UHGV virus genome: UHGV-1368455
Strand: one strand, 5' to 3'
DNA length: 64,000 nucleotides
Origin: a virus
Shown here piece after piece: positions 35,501-42,413 of the stretch. A model generated the notes under the pieces. That model was not told where the DNA came from and did no database searches. It worked only from the letters and a program-made list of their open reading frames with translations. Numbering within the stretch: the stretch's first letter is position 1; every line of letters starts with the position of its first letter. Position numbers and translations under genes: made by a program.

Positions 35501-37700
35501 TATTGTTGACTATTCTCATGATAGAGAAGCTGATATGAAAATGCTTTCTCTTCTTAAAGGTAAAGGTACTAAAGATTATATTCCGTCGCCTAAACGAATG
35601 GAATATAAAACAGCTGAAGAATATGAAAAAGCTGTTGAAGAAGTTCGTAAACAAAATCATGAGATTTATCTTCAAAATCTTGCTATTGATAATAAAAATC
35701 TTAATCGTAATTGGCGTAAAGTAATGGAAGACTTTGTTTATAACGCTACTATATTTAATTCTCGTCAAGCTGCCAAACCTTATCTTTATCTTCTTCTTGA
35801 AGACTTAAAGAATAATGATGCTTATAAGATTAAAGGTATGTGGAATAAACGTCTTCTTAAAGATGTTGATACATCTACAAAAGATGACCCTCAATATCAA
35901 AGACAAGCGCAAACTCGTACTCAGCAACTTATTCATAATCTTGCTCGTCGTTTATTATTTGACCAATATCATGAAAATAGTGTTGCTCGTTCTGTTGCCA
36001 ATCTTCTGCAAAATATTACTTCTGCTAAATATATGGTATTTAACTTATATGGCGGTGTTGCTAATATTACCACAGGTAAAGTTAATATTCGTGCTGAAGA
36101 ATTTGCTAATGAATATTTTGGTTTTAGAGAACTTAAAACTGCCGAAAAAGAATATCTTACTAATATATGTGCGTTCTTAGCTTCTCGTTTTACTGATAAA
36201 TCTCCTACTCTTGCAGCTGCATTTATTAAACAATTCCATGTTGTAGACTTTGACCAAGTTCTACAATTTGCTGCTAATGAAGGAGAACTAAATACTAAGG
36301 TTAGAGAATTTAGAGATTTTCTTTATAGTTTCCAATCTATGGGCGAGCACTATATGCAAAATACTGTTTTATTTGCTATGCTTAAATCTAATAGACTTTA
36401 TACTGATACTAATGGAGTTATGCGTATTGGTGATTTCAAAGATTTTACTTGGGATGTTGAAAAAACTGCTATGCGTAATATTCTTGCTGAATATCCAGAA
36501 GTTGCTACTGATTATGAAATGTATATAAAAGGAATACGTGAATACGATATTGAAACTAAACTTGATATTTCAACAGGTCGTAAAAATCTTAATCGTAATT
36601 TCCTTTATTCTATTAGAGATAATACTAATCAATATAGTCAAGCTTTATATAAAGAAATTGCTACTAAATATCATACAGAAGTTAAGAAACTTATGAAAGA
36701 AGCAAAACAACAATTCATGACTAATCCAACTGTTGAAAGTCTTTATGAATTTGTTGATGGACGCGCTGAACTTAAAAAAGAATATAAAGATAAAGTTCCT
36801 ACTGATAATAAAATTGGAGATTTAGAAACTCTTATTGCTCAGTTCAAAGAAAAAGTTAAATCTGTTAATAAAAAGATACACGGTGTATATGATAAAGATG
36901 GAGCTGCTCAAATAGAAAGTAAATGGTGGGGTAGTCTTGTAGCACAATATCATAAACATCTTCCTACTGGTATTTGGAAACGTTGGCGTCGTAAAGGTTA
37001 TTATTCTGAATTTAGAGGTTCTCGCGAACGTGGTTCTTATCAAACTTTTATTGATTTTATGGGAACTGAATTTACTAATTTTAATAAACGTATTAAACAA
37101 CAATCTGCTGATACTAATATAGCACTTGCATCTATTCAAGTTACATTTAAGTCTATTATTAACACTCTTACTAATTTACAATTTAATTATAATAATCTTG
37201 CTCCTTGGGAGAAAGCTAATATGCGTCGTAATCTTGGAGATTTAAGCGGTATTCTTATTGCTTGTCTTGTAGTTGCCGCTTTATATGGATTATCTGATGA
37301 TGACGATATTAAGGATGATAAATTTAAGGCTTCTCTACTTTATCTTGCAGATAGACTTTATAGTGATAGCTCAATGTATAGTCCTGTTGGTCTTGTTAGC
37401 GAATATAAGACAGCTTGGAGCAGTCCTATTGCTTCTGCTAATGGTCCAAGTGATCTTATGAAAGCTATGACTATTATTCCTCAATATCTATTTGACCCAG
37501 ATTATGATAAAGAATATACTACTGGACTTTATAAAGGACAAGATAAACTTATGGTTCTTCTTAGACGTAACCTTCCTGGTATTCGTCCTTGGGATAGAAT
37601 ACAAATGATTACTCGTAATAATAATTATTATAAGATTGATAGTTCACAAATAGGAATTAGTATTGCTAAAGATTTTGGTGAACTTCTTGCTGGTGAGTAA
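23532..37700 (+). CDS. giant protein (4722 aa) with a DxDxD motif, putative virion-packaged multisubunit-like RNA polymerase of the crAss-like type
   Basis: Uninterrupted 14.2-kb ORF. YRIPTEGKQS…GSDFDVDSIYG with DFDVD at 28527-28541 resembles the metal-binding aspartate triad of two-barrel RNAPs. Three in-frame repeat copies (LSLYGGV, ELPRRGI, GLPRRGT). Confidence 0.6.
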   Translation: MGLITAFTIHNIFSKQQIQTIVHYSDESYNGDSNMNCTINDLNLSFDKDNRLRTTIGRVAGWSVDKAYVLASFLQDESFKKYLSKMLTDKDIIGGAAIDLKNITDNDYININQNKLGSLLNVYYIDHYHSVNNSKTNKALGRLNGFSSGTAKTVGLNYTADRIIDKYYDEFGKAKPKKSQEIIAEVINDIEHELYKQVNLFANNVISSDKYSKAARDYAQKFIDIIKRIEENNNKIKETTIFANANKNQLRQYNGKKVTEEEKSIIKRLTDIDKQYKEELASLGKDNARAALDRYVIAQNLVNLYANNVDGALNKRLRNFANLVAQMKGDTNGWFFQVMNTKRMTSIVKEFNNIGDIEEYIEQQDENNDNIIDKYNGQDVDQTTKSWEDSLYKSFNSAISGKMRIILSRVPKLSSPFNPTAEIQSLDTENELGVKTYMDAQFITVQMFSFGDFSDIESMVRSIERRANTVEELYGIGMLVNQMKQDKVFANYMYANFAKPLVNKTMCVISDLTKESGITFNYSNANAFYSTKMAFDMMNKLRASYNTQYDINDYKTIQALGNKLRNPKLPIEFDDTEIIYNTLLKYFPNIKREVYDNFLRGIKDDKRNALINFTQNLIAIINGAGALKTKINTAIEESNRKYNNAKKKFNQDYNAYLEAGDTQAVKQMKYPTYQGVDYTEYDLDPNTLKAVIRLAENLSDYSASKARLNTANAEGNTASDVTKNCYITRFFEQINAGTEEDSNAGLHALLDYITQGTENGKENQYSNNPLFFGVKDENGRVIIPGMFTRVGDIFNINKNAKEILNYSLFDGTKNTQSGNGSGYASMSKLDFFVTQYIAYANSVGDINENGINKKIGNLDSSVYAMRIGSDAPKIYMIRAPRYNYRQLQYAFYNHLMDELNMYVNSLNKIFRKNNAGEYKLITTTNGLYGRAFFDEGAADNLRKDGKKDMSKAFVEENNGRLQLAGKMFKFLRLFDANGHSAATDIETVLSLYGGVDANATSLFIKDGRTKLKLNKDYINSENGFIKELTDEQGTRFVLDLGATQKKALLNIVDNWMKDVLQESTARTSDFVQAMEHNNIQYTQPMIQSFILNALNMNMNYDDMFEGDFKFYNNARDFLKRTKESQAGGDGCSGYRLTELPRRGITENTYFGEPEIINVKTAKNTEAGTYIVPTYDNGSIVNKPMTARNGFRAVTIHNTIKPSDVAMDLQETLEEEFISQGMSKEDAHARSVKIAGGYFAQTKVNDAQSFITLEEFIRRKYADGTIGNYQDLIAQLLDPNVKAEDIDVDAVNARIQVQKNFYFDKQFDPYTGTFVPRQIKNAEFVLIPKLLPQDSDLIKVYEWMRANDIGQLNTAETDKAAKKNIFTIWSEDTGEFIDPRNNKKFREDYIQNYYYQYLYKQQDVPQHMINEENKLGAQIQKKIIDNVSTASKQVQDWANEYQEALVENIREDYIRFLDRMGWEYDSESGHIVNSEYATKDANGNPLPAEVIKSNRETLNLTDFYTRAREEAARLGMDSNFIEYLIPNEFGVTTMPNLMNNVASKLESVAQALFNRTVTRQTMPGWHAAQVTDVGYSRRLLKFDPKTGVMEVYLPRWSNLLPKPKNAEEEKKLLEQIAKEGLDIHLGYRIPTEGKQSISVLRVVGFTNDALGSTIIVPEEWVTQTGSDFDVDSIYGISYEIYAKKDKKGNITVYKIPCEEDKVDNDNLYINYVNSRLEDKVKRSDIGEEIESRIKELRDSLKAQIGDKLNSNNAAFVAVDTQRNELFNKLPAWARGIIVNEQTKAKRVAKKDKVSVDLRGEYQVINKLFDEQLTKRNLDDATADIIKQYMDYQTSLINIMNEQDGITTFDKDEYISSKKDIIATAVENARKEQVKLCESKANEVGLMSYDDFIKQPLIKRLSRKARNNYILDRMINIMNDRSSREEQYGRSQFEGIAGEETSANDIINKISGQSKRSYSPYNPLDQLDYFEDAMGGARLKALSVNWDTFVSKCNRTHPILSEEDAVEFVLPDEHIEDSAIDYDIKSIKKAYPDAIRKKEIKYDTSNININYNTISIDDAYKIFENLRWTDENGKHHSLYMNFKDDTISLQEAITCAKAMAYSTINGNYSDTVVRNIWLHKYNNEQLVNLEKALKVGDDIGAQADEWPAIREKVIDTFKEAANKQFSPKRESTARKQTIFTANKIGWSDTNKNLVGDFVTTYTAQTTAHHLDAVKQGSIPNVNEYTFHVYKFLTTIGLDHETSVGFIRQPAITKLVANNNLINSVFFSSKNDAVKMTLADIATRLGRKAKGKYDITHNTSLGVILNSLKEDGWFVEEFKYQTGIDITKVNNNKILKLRIPLNKADIFKRIKDEATKTGDVYENAVQDVIVLIQFSQYKRTTDKLNEYIQALNADKIGAAPSIRETRQMRDRINKLRQDSTLTIDGESMINKIYPADKYNSNAIKVDESVYAPIAAVYSMATLPSIEVGGKIFTMENEDFAIAEETVQQTIHKRLNIEEYKEYKRYAVATLYNTISKLLTPLTVDERGRIIPYSEEIVNEDTELKTASPYWDRERSRIVGYGITDEGNFKCANVNAPTADEIKEYLKLTPAQKIIFIQRNFSDNQGVFNNIKVTLINNTDVRNKGISRQYLNYDDQVDSIEDLFSMFENSFSNHNPLIKLAAVDLIKYAFIAEGFNFKSGYITKIIPNDTLYSDINDGGMDIIEDIKTKGEALYHIIQSEEFINNFMRSHSGLAPLFTLSPKDKTTNIFISCSNIDGLVSFDMTTENTQATWLHSQLMLQRYIDGYIRVTHPVGENKTPVTTLYKVLGRNEITDENGFVKGYKDIYLVPLNLLDKYESYDISYNQNYNQFNDYSYYVDRVDNLANETESYRSYNINKFQEYKEKMLTTDKNDINTRAQYSKMSEQYLRESQRARSKAIDKYPGKSNPIGKFNPTTNKTFNNPNALMELAESSDKYLAGAVSKFINDINQAFISKLASGDNIGMFVVNNSYQLNNLIPAGTFIIQDFTNEDGDIVRLQIGHTPTKNLLKTIYNITHGKNDSNINLKYAIKQLAETNTRPNAANYFYITQVPLTNEEAEERLNAATDLIADDSVVEDAGLPRRGTSRVNIDVVSASVMKQIQYEALKNNNAIARRFIQTMERRGINRNYRSSLAEHRKDIYRAAARYYQSAANSLINALNGYEIAGQTLRMDSPEFFEELAKHDEEFNKVAKIILDAVTFGNRIAPIMQLDIAAEDKETKEGIQSIQNSINSIRTNTGFKTALANMFNIYFKKYSTNPDISDGILNLRDQFGDIDTIVALISDPAEINNNEVQVILKNIYSMFSKAEMFDTERNIKEWKEQLTKIDAMTESLDMDKIIDSEHGMLRQDYNDKYLEDKQKVIDDFNEARKYKDESQEAFTKYIKAKYARDEFMYKHQHQLIVDDYYKEDLAMRKEVMDKAKDLYYEYMRYITELYNLNTGEDEDNEDVKKRKTELINHITAIRADNDITGELKPIQQRMKVKALNDYITKHRELAHKYFNTQEYDGFQEDYNRYNDYIKYHDKTHKRLSLEEKLDDPEYREAYNWIKNNGKLRYTDEAAVKIANAFDVLTKRQTAISNKTLHAIRKMEGVIDDNGIIDGRKLTNEQIAQLREEEMDELATKYENGNGEMMLIKMISVRPPIMNSRPKDDESKKILMDLQYKDNKLKFKIIQNINEILMKAVDADTGEVNMVYLFNNNYVTNEDREELAELYNQLRSLRSESLRKFKKRKNKVYEDIIDNNAYNKAKIFYDTLPKGSIQAKQWLNIFTELDADGNLVPNSNLFGYHQAKEDFIDHDKTNARDFIFDNIEFVPNEYYWLAAEEHKEKGDYDEWFRQNNVYNPYTHKYEPLKIWTTMQAKPDSELAKSIEYVPTFDNMERSVKEEYINTNFKEFSPNYKKGDSKYDTNIKLNLKEQALKDLIQQTLNKYATTYQGRKFVGRGFLPRSRSVQINPRWAGGQLMSLFGVSWHSGADSDSFHDIVDYSHDREADMKMLSLLKGKGTKDYIPSPKRMEYKTAEEYEKAVEEVRKQNHEIYLQNLAIDNKNLNRNWRKVMEDFVYNATIFNSRQAAKPYLYLLLEDLKNNDAYKIKGMWNKRLLKDVDTSTKDDPQYQRQAQTRTQQLIHNLARRLLFDQYHENSVARSVANLLQNITSAKYMVFNLYGGVANITTGKVNIRAEEFANEYFGFRELKTAEKEYLTNICAFLASRFTDKSPTLAAAFIKQFHVVDFDQVLQFAANEGELNTKVREFRDFLYSFQSMGEHYMQNTVLFAMLKSNRLYTDTNGVMRIGDFKDFTWDVEKTAMRNILAEYPEVATDYEMYIKGIREYDIETKLDISTGRKNLNRNFLYSIRDNTNQYSQALYKEIATKYHTEVKKLMKEAKQQFMTNPTVESLYEFVDGRAELKKEYKDKVPTDNKIGDLETLIAQFKEKVKSVNKKIHGVYDKDGAAQIESKWWGSLVAQYHKHLPTGIWKRWRRKGYYSEFRGSRERGSYQTFIDFMGTEFTNFNKRIKQQSADTNIALASIQVTFKSIINTLTNLQFNYNNLAPWEKANMRRNLGDLSGILIACLVVAALYGLSDDDDIKDDKFKASLLYLADRLYSDSSMYSPVGLVSEYKTAWSSPIASANGPSDLMKAMTIIPQYLFDPDYDKEYTTGLYKGQDKLMVLLRRNLPGIRPWDRIQMITRNNNYYKIDSSQIGISIAKDFGELLAGE
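26499..26518 (-). repeat. dispersed element, copy 7 (variant)
   Basis: TCTCTCTACGGGGGAGTTGA. In the 4722-aa CDS, encoding LSLYGGV. Confidence 0.7.
26943..26967 (+). repeat. dispersed element, copy 8
   Basis: GAACTCCCCCGTAGAGGGATAACTG. In the 4722-aa CDS, encoding ELPRRGI. Confidence 0.9.
32808..32828 (+). repeat. dispersed element, copy 9
   Basis: GGGCTACCCCGTAGAGGGACA. In the 4722-aa CDS, encoding GLPRRGT. Confidence 0.9.
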
Positions 37701-37726
37701 GTTTATATAATTACTCAAAACTTGTT

Positions 37727-37780
37727 AAAAAAAGGCTCGCGAAGCGGTTATTAAACCACTCCACGAGCCTTTTCTTGTTG
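37727..37780. terminator. bidirectional terminator between the convergent gene blocks
   Basis: A7 run, then stem GGCTCG (37734-37739) / CGAGCC (37764-37769) with an internal CGCGAAGCG mini-hairpin, then TTTTCTTGTTGTTG. Lies between the + stop at 37700 and the - stop at 37802. Confidence 0.6.
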
Positions 37781-37801
37781 TTGCCGAAGCAAATGTTTTA
37801 A

Positions 37802-38275
37802 TTAATCATTGTGTTTAGGATGTGCCACAGGTTTAGCAACCTTATGCGGACGGCTGCTATTTTTAGCTGTTATTAGCTTTGTATTACATTTATTTATTTG
37901 AGCTGATAACTTATCCAACTGAATAACTATATCGCTTGTATGCTCATAATTTGAGTGCAACTTATCTTTAATTTCATTATGATTATTAGCAATATATTCA
38001 TTAATATTTTTAATTAATTGAAGAGTAGCATTTATAGTAGTATCTGCACCTTTAATATAATTATGAATTATATTTATAACACTATTTAATACACAAATAT
38101 TGCTATCAATCTGTTCACAATTACTTTTAATAGTATCAATATCTTTATCTATTTCTTTATAAGTATCATAAACATTATTATTTAATTCGATTATCTTTTT
38201 CTCTAATCGCATTAACGTAATAGCCATTATTATAACTATTACTAATATTGTTCCTATTAAAAAATACATAATCAA
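37802..38275 (-). CDS. hypothetical membrane-anchored coiled-coil protein
   Basis: 157-aa ORF with an N-terminal hydrophobic segment (FLIGTILVIVIIMAITL) and heptad-like N/I/K-rich regions. Confidence 0.5.
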   Translation of the reverse strand: MIMYFLIGTILVIVIIMAITLMRLEKKIIELNNNVYDTYKEIDKDIDTIKSNCEQIDSNICVLNSVINIIHNYIKGADTTINATLQLIKNINEYIANNHNEIKDKLHSNYEHTSDIVIQLDKLSAQINKCNTKLITAKNSSRPHKVAKPVAHPKHND

Positions 38276-38293
38276 TCACAATTAAAGTGCATC

Positions 38294-38320
38294 CATCCCT
38301 ATACGGGGGAGTTCGACGAT
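38294..38320 (-). repeat. dispersed element, copy 10 (variant, intergenic)
   Basis: CATCCCTATACGGGGGAGTTCGACGAT. Left arm of an intergenic inverted pair with copy 11. Confidence 0.75.
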
Positions 38321-38379
38321 TAATACCGACAATAACAATAGTATTAATCGCCGTAATAGCACTAGACGTTATTGACGTT

Positions 38380-38402
38380 GGGCTACCCCGTAGAGGGATA
38401 AA
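38380..38402 (+). repeat. dispersed element, copy 11 (intergenic)
   Basis: GGGCTACCCCGTAGAGGGATAAA. Right arm of the pair. Same GGGCTA-prefixed form as copy 9. Confidence 0.9.
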
Positions 38403-38428
38403 TAAAGTCAATTTGTTATTTATAGCTT

Positions 38429-38800
38429 TTAATCAATATTTGCGCCTTTGGGATTACGAGCTTTATCAATACATTCATCATCATAATGAATAATATCAAG
38501 CCCATAACTTGCGGCAGCCCTATATTCTACAAGACAGCCGCGAGCAAATTCCCAACCTTTACAGAAATAAACTGCATCACAAGTAGACATTTTAGCAAGA
38601 GACTGAGCAAGAAAATAAAGAGGAATATTTTGAACTCCAATATTTCTAAGACTCTCAGGCTTATCGAAATCATCACCAAAATAAGTATTAACTATTTCAT
38701 ATCCTTTTTCTTTAAGGACTTTAACAGCTTTAGCTTTTTCAGCTAAAATTTCTTCTTCTGTTTTACCAGCCATAGGCTGACTAATCATTGCTTTCTTCAT
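38429..38800 (-). CDS. DUF4406-like protein (nucleoside 2-deoxyribosyltransferase-like fold)
   Basis: 123-aa ORF. The pattern MAGKTEEEI…KGYEIVN…CDAVYFCKGWEFARGCLVEY resembles DUF4406 proteins common in phages. Judged by eye only. Confidence 0.45.
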   Translation of the reverse strand: MKKAMISQPMAGKTEEEILAEKAKAVKVLKEKGYEIVNTYFGDDFDKPESLRNIGVQNIPLYFLAQSLAKMSTCDAVYFCKGWEFARGCLVEYRAAASYGLDIIHYDDECIDKARNPKGANID

Positions 38801-38833
38801 AATTTAATCCTTTCTAAATTTAACAATAAAATA

Positions 38834-39283
38834 TTACTTAGATAATCCATTTTTAGCCCATTGAAGAACAAAACCAAGATAACTCCAAAGATTACTTTTA
38901 ATTGTTTCAAGAGCATACTTTTCTCCAAGTTCTTGAGAATAATTCTTAGGGTCTACACAAGCAGAAGCATTAACCATATCGAAACCTGTAACAGTAGTAG
39001 CAAGAACAACAGTAGTTTTAGGTCCTAATGTAGAAGTAACGTGAGATTTAAGAAAATTATCTACGTCAGCTTCATCAATCTTAGAACCATCATTGTTTTC
39101 ATTAAGCTTAAAATAAGCTTTATCAGCAACATCTTTAGGACACCAAGATTTATATCCATCAGGATAAGTTACTTCGTATCCTTCATCGTTACCTTCATGA
39201 CCATTAGTTTTATAACCTTTAAACTGAGCTGCTCCTGCAAGCATAGGAGTAAGTTCAACCATTTTAATTCCAATCGCTTTCAT
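38834..39283 (-). CDS. hypothetical protein
   Basis: 149-aa ORF. Confidence 0.5.
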   Translation of the reverse strand: MKAIGIKMVELTPMLAGAAQFKGYKTNGHEGNDEGYEVTYPDGYKSWCPKDVADKAYFKLNENNDGSKIDEADVDNFLKSHVTSTLGPKTTVVLATTVTGFDMVNASACVDPKNYSQELGEKYALETIKSNLWSYLGFVLQWAKNGLSK

Positions 39284-39322
39284 ATTAGTTTTATTTATTT
39301 AATTATTTATTTTTATAACATA

Positions 39323-39862
39323 TTACTTTCCTGTAGAACCAAAACCACCAACTCCACGTTCTGTATTACCAAGTTCTTCTTGAGTTTCAACTTCGTCCCA
39401 AACTATACGTTCACGTCTACAAACAAGTATTTGAGCGACTCTATCTCCAACTTTATATTCGGCACAAGAATTTGTTGGGTCATCTATCTGACGATGAACA
39501 ATCATAAGTTCACCACGGTAACCTTCGTCAAGAGTACCGGGAGCATTTTGCATAAGAGCAAGAGTTTTAGTAATACTGCTACGAGGACGAATTTTCATTT
39601 CGTAATCTTCAGGAAGAGCAAAATGAAGTCCAGTATGATAAACTACTCGACCATCATCTTTATACTCAATTTTATGAACATAAACGTCCATACAAGCATC
39701 ACCGTCTTTTCCATAAGTAGGAAGTTTAACAGTATCGTCTTCACGCCAAACTTTAACTTTACACTCGTCAAGTTGGCTAAGAATACCACACGCTTCTTCT
39801 ACATTATTGTTGTAATGAAGAGTGCGAAGTGCTTCTGAAATTATTTCTACAACTTTACTCAT
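39323..39862 (-). CDS. dut: dUTP diphosphatase (dUTPase)
   Basis: Conserved dUTPase motifs: LDEGYRGELMIV (motif III-like) and ERGVGGFGSTGK (motif V) at the C-terminus. Confidence 0.85.
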   Translation of the reverse strand: MSKVVEIISEALRTLHYNNNVEEACGILSQLDECKVKVWREDDTVKLPTYGKDGDACMDVYVHKIEYKDDGRVVYHTGLHFALPEDYEMKIRPRSSITKTLALMQNAPGTLDEGYRGELMIVHRQIDDPTNSCAEYKVGDRVAQILVCRRERIVWDEVETQEELGNTERGVGGFGSTGK

Positions 39863-39863
39863 A

Positions 39864-40904
39864 TTATTTACCTAAAATTAGATTACCTGCAAGTTCAATT
39901 TTACGTGCTTTATCTCCATAAAGAAGACTATCCATACGCTTAGTACCTTCTGAATTATCTCTATTTGAATAATAACCATTAACGGCGTTATAAACACCAT
40001 ATCCAGTACCAAGATGTTGTTTTTGTCCAATACCTCCGAAATAATAAGCATTCATTTCATTAAGAATATTTACTTTTTTCATACTAATACCACTATCATT
40101 AATGGCGTTAACATCTTTCATGATAATTTGTTGTATAGTATGACCAGTATTACCTATACTCAATTCTTCACTTTCAGTAAGAACAACATTAGCAAATAAT
40201 TTTTGTGCTTCATTATCAGTAAATTTAATTTCACTCATTTGTTTAAGAGCTTCTTCAAAGTATTCGATTTTCTTTTCACTAATACCAAGAATTTCGTGAG
40301 CAATATCTAATTTATTATGTACAGTAGCAGTATGCCGAATACTAATATAATTAGTAGCACCTTGTATGGCGGCATTGAGAGTATTTTGACAAACAACTCT
40401 AATAGGAGTGAAAAGAATTTTAACGCCAGAAGTTCCATCATGAGAAGTAGTAAAGACAAGATAATTTTCAACAGGGTCGCCATTTACAAGAATATTTTTA
40501 GGAAGTTTAGCGCTAACAAATATACGTTCACCATTACCAAAATATCCAGCAGTTTGCCATATAGCACTATTTTTACCAATAGCTGTATCAAAGAACTTAA
40601 AAGCTTCAATATTTTGAACTGGAGTATAACGGTCTTTTACAATACCAAGAGGAATATTATAATCAGTACGATATGTAGCAAAAGCATTTGCACATTCAGT
40701 ATAAACATTTGACCCATGGATAAATCCACCATTACCTATATTATCATTAATCATAGGCATTTCTGCAACAAGTTTACATTTAGCCACAGTCCAATTAAGA
40801 CCGGCTTTTGTCATAACTTCTCGTGAAGTATTACAATCTTCTACATTTTTAGCACCTTGAAAATTCCAAGGTTTGCCTTTGGCAACATAACCATAAATAG
40901 CCAT
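39864..40904 (-). CDS. DUF932-like phage/plasmid protein
   Basis: 346-aa ORF. …VFTTSHDGTSGVKILFTPIRVVCQNTL… matches the characteristic SHDGS…RVVC core of the DUF932 family. By eye only. Confidence 0.5.
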   Translation of the reverse strand: MAIYGYVAKGKPWNFQGAKNVEDCNTSREVMTKAGLNWTVAKCKLVAEMPMINDNIGNGGFIHGSNVYTECANAFATYRTDYNIPLGIVKDRYTPVQNIEAFKFFDTAIGKNSAIWQTAGYFGNGERIFVSAKLPKNILVNGDPVENYLVFTTSHDGTSGVKILFTPIRVVCQNTLNAAIQGATNYISIRHTATVHNKLDIAHEILGISEKKIEYFEEALKQMSEIKFTDNEAQKLFANVVLTESEELSIGNTGHTIQQIIMKDVNAINDSGISMKKVNILNEMNAYYFGGIGQKQHLGTGYGVYNAVNGYYSNRDNSEGTKRMDSLLYGDKARKIELAGNLILGK

Positions 40905-40907
40905 ATC

Positions 40908-41639
40908 TTAAAACTTTTTGAATTTACGAATATCAATATTAAGTTTGTTTATTTCTTCACTATAATTAATAGGAACATGATAAAATTCTTTAAGAACTTT
41001 AAGTTTAGGTTCACGATGGTCAACAGTAAGTATTATTTCAATGCCTTTGCCATAAATAGCAGATACAGGAATACTAACTGTACTTTGAATAGTATAACAA
41101 TGTTTATCAACTATTTCTGGACGAATACGACATATATCAATATGTTCACCAGTAATTTTACCTCCTTTATTAATGAATATAGTAGGACAAAGATTAAATT
41201 CTTTTTGAGTAATTTGCGTTTGAGAATTATAATTATAATCATATTGTTTTCTAACAATAGCTTTATAAGCACTACGATTATAAATTATATATTTTCCATC
41301 TTTATCGACAGTATTAGACTTATAAATATTATAATATCGTAAATTATTAGCAATACCGTTAAGATTAAACTCGCTAAATTCATCATCATTAAGAGTAAGA
41401 GGACTTAAAATACCTTTATCCCATATAGTATTAATAATATTAAGAACAGAATCAACTTCTTCTTGATTTTGAGGTTCAATAGAATCAATAACTTTAGCTA
41501 TTCTAATAGCATTTTGACAATCATAGAAAGTTTTAGTTCTTTCTTCATTATTAGAAAGAGAAGCTAACTTAATATTAGCTTCTCTTTTAAGTAAAGTAGT
41601 TAAACTACCATCTTCTCTTCCAATAACAAAATTTTTCAT
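40908..41639 (-). CDS. hypothetical protein, paralog of the ORF at 43089-43904
   Basis: 243-aa ORF. Shares SPLTLNDDEF and an IYK.D.KG segment with the 271-aa ORF. Confidence 0.5.
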   Translation of the reverse strand: MKNFVIGREDGSLTTLLKREANIKLASLSNNEERTKTFYDCQNAIRIAKVIDSIEPQNQEEVDSVLNIINTIWDKGILSPLTLNDDEFSEFNLNGIANNLRYYNIYKSNTVDKDGKYIIYNRSAYKAIVRKQYDYNYNSQTQITQKEFNLCPTIFINKGGKITGEHIDICRIRPEIVDKHCYTIQSTVSIPVSAIYGKGIEIILTVDHREPKLKVLKEFYHVPINYSEEINKLNIDIRKFKKF

Positions 41640-42401
41640 TTATTTAATCTGAAGATTATCTTTATATTTAACCGCAGCAATAGTAGGAATACTTGTATTA
41701 TATTCTTTTGCAATTTGAAATTTAGTTTTCCAATCATCAAGAGGAGTATCTTCTTTCATAGTAGTATGAAGAGGCTCTTTACCATAAAGATTAAGAGCAC
41801 CACCTCTACGAAACAAATCATATACAGATGCAGTTTGACTAATAGTAATTTTCATAGTAGTCAAATCTGCAATAGTAAAACATTCAAACTCATCACCATA
41901 CATAGCCGCGCAATTAGCATTAATAGCGTCAAGTATTCCTTGAACATCAACGTCTTCGCCTGTATATATAACACCAGAGTCAACAAGTTCACGAACATAA
42001 CGTTCAAATTCATTCATAAAAGCAGTAACTCTAACTTTATCAACTTCAACAGATGCAGAAGAACGAGTTGATAAACGACAAGTAGGAAGCTCAATAAATT
42101 TATTAGTTTTGCCTTGTTCTCCAAATTCAATAACTGCATTAAGAACAGCATATTTAAGACGTTCTACGCGATTTTTATAAACATTTTGTCTGTCGTTAAT
42201 GCGTTTCTTTTCATCTTTACAAAGATTAGCATCACTTTCAAATTCTTTTATAGCTTTAACATATCCTTCAAGTTTGGTCTTTAATTCATCTTGACGAATA
42301 GTAAGTTGTTCGTATTGTTCATCTGTAATTTCTCCGTCATTAGCTTCCACATCTGCAAAGATACGGAGTATATCTTCTGATATATTATATAAACTTGCCA
42401 T
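41640..42401 (-). CDS. Gp157-like (Sipho_Gp157 family) recombination-associated protein
   Basis: 253-aa ORF. N-terminal MASLYNISEDILRIFADVE…GEITDEQYEQL…KRINDRQNVYKNRVERLKYAVLNAV matches the Gp157 pattern (MSLYEL…EE…L…RL…RLK.YL). By eye only. Confidence 0.45.
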   Translation of the reverse strand: MASLYNISEDILRIFADVEANDGEITDEQYEQLTIRQDELKTKLEGYVKAIKEFESDANLCKDEKKRINDRQNVYKNRVERLKYAVLNAVIEFGEQGKTNKFIELPTCRLSTRSSASVEVDKVRVTAFMNEFERYVRELVDSGVIYTGEDVDVQGILDAINANCAAMYGDEFECFTIADLTTMKITISQTASVYDLFRRGGALNLYGKEPLHTTMKEDTPLDDWKTKFQIAKEYNTSIPTIAAVKYKDNLQIK

Positions 42402-42413
42402 AGTTTTGTTATT

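Noticed and set aside
23664-37461. Antisense ORFs inside the 4722-aa gene (for example 32811-33767 of 318 aa, 24432-24986, 27537-27938)
   Set aside because: Same reasoning. They are shadow ORFs of the giant + strand CDS.
16787-37700. Stop-codon reassignment, as seen in some crAss-like phages
   Set aside because: Both giant ORFs and all recognisable genes are uninterrupted in the standard code. The TAG-containing frame of the repeat is never the one used in CDSs, which is consistent with TAG acting as a stop.
38287-38493. + strand ORF of 68 aa containing LYGGV and LPRRGI
   Set aside because: It is made by translating the two intergenic repeat copies. The region is otherwise noncoding.
39041-41342. 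+ strand ORFs 39041-39838 (265 aa), 40317-40712 and 40857-41342 opposite the dUTPase and DUF932-like genes
   Set aside because: They lie opposite genes with recognisable motifs and give low-complexity translations.
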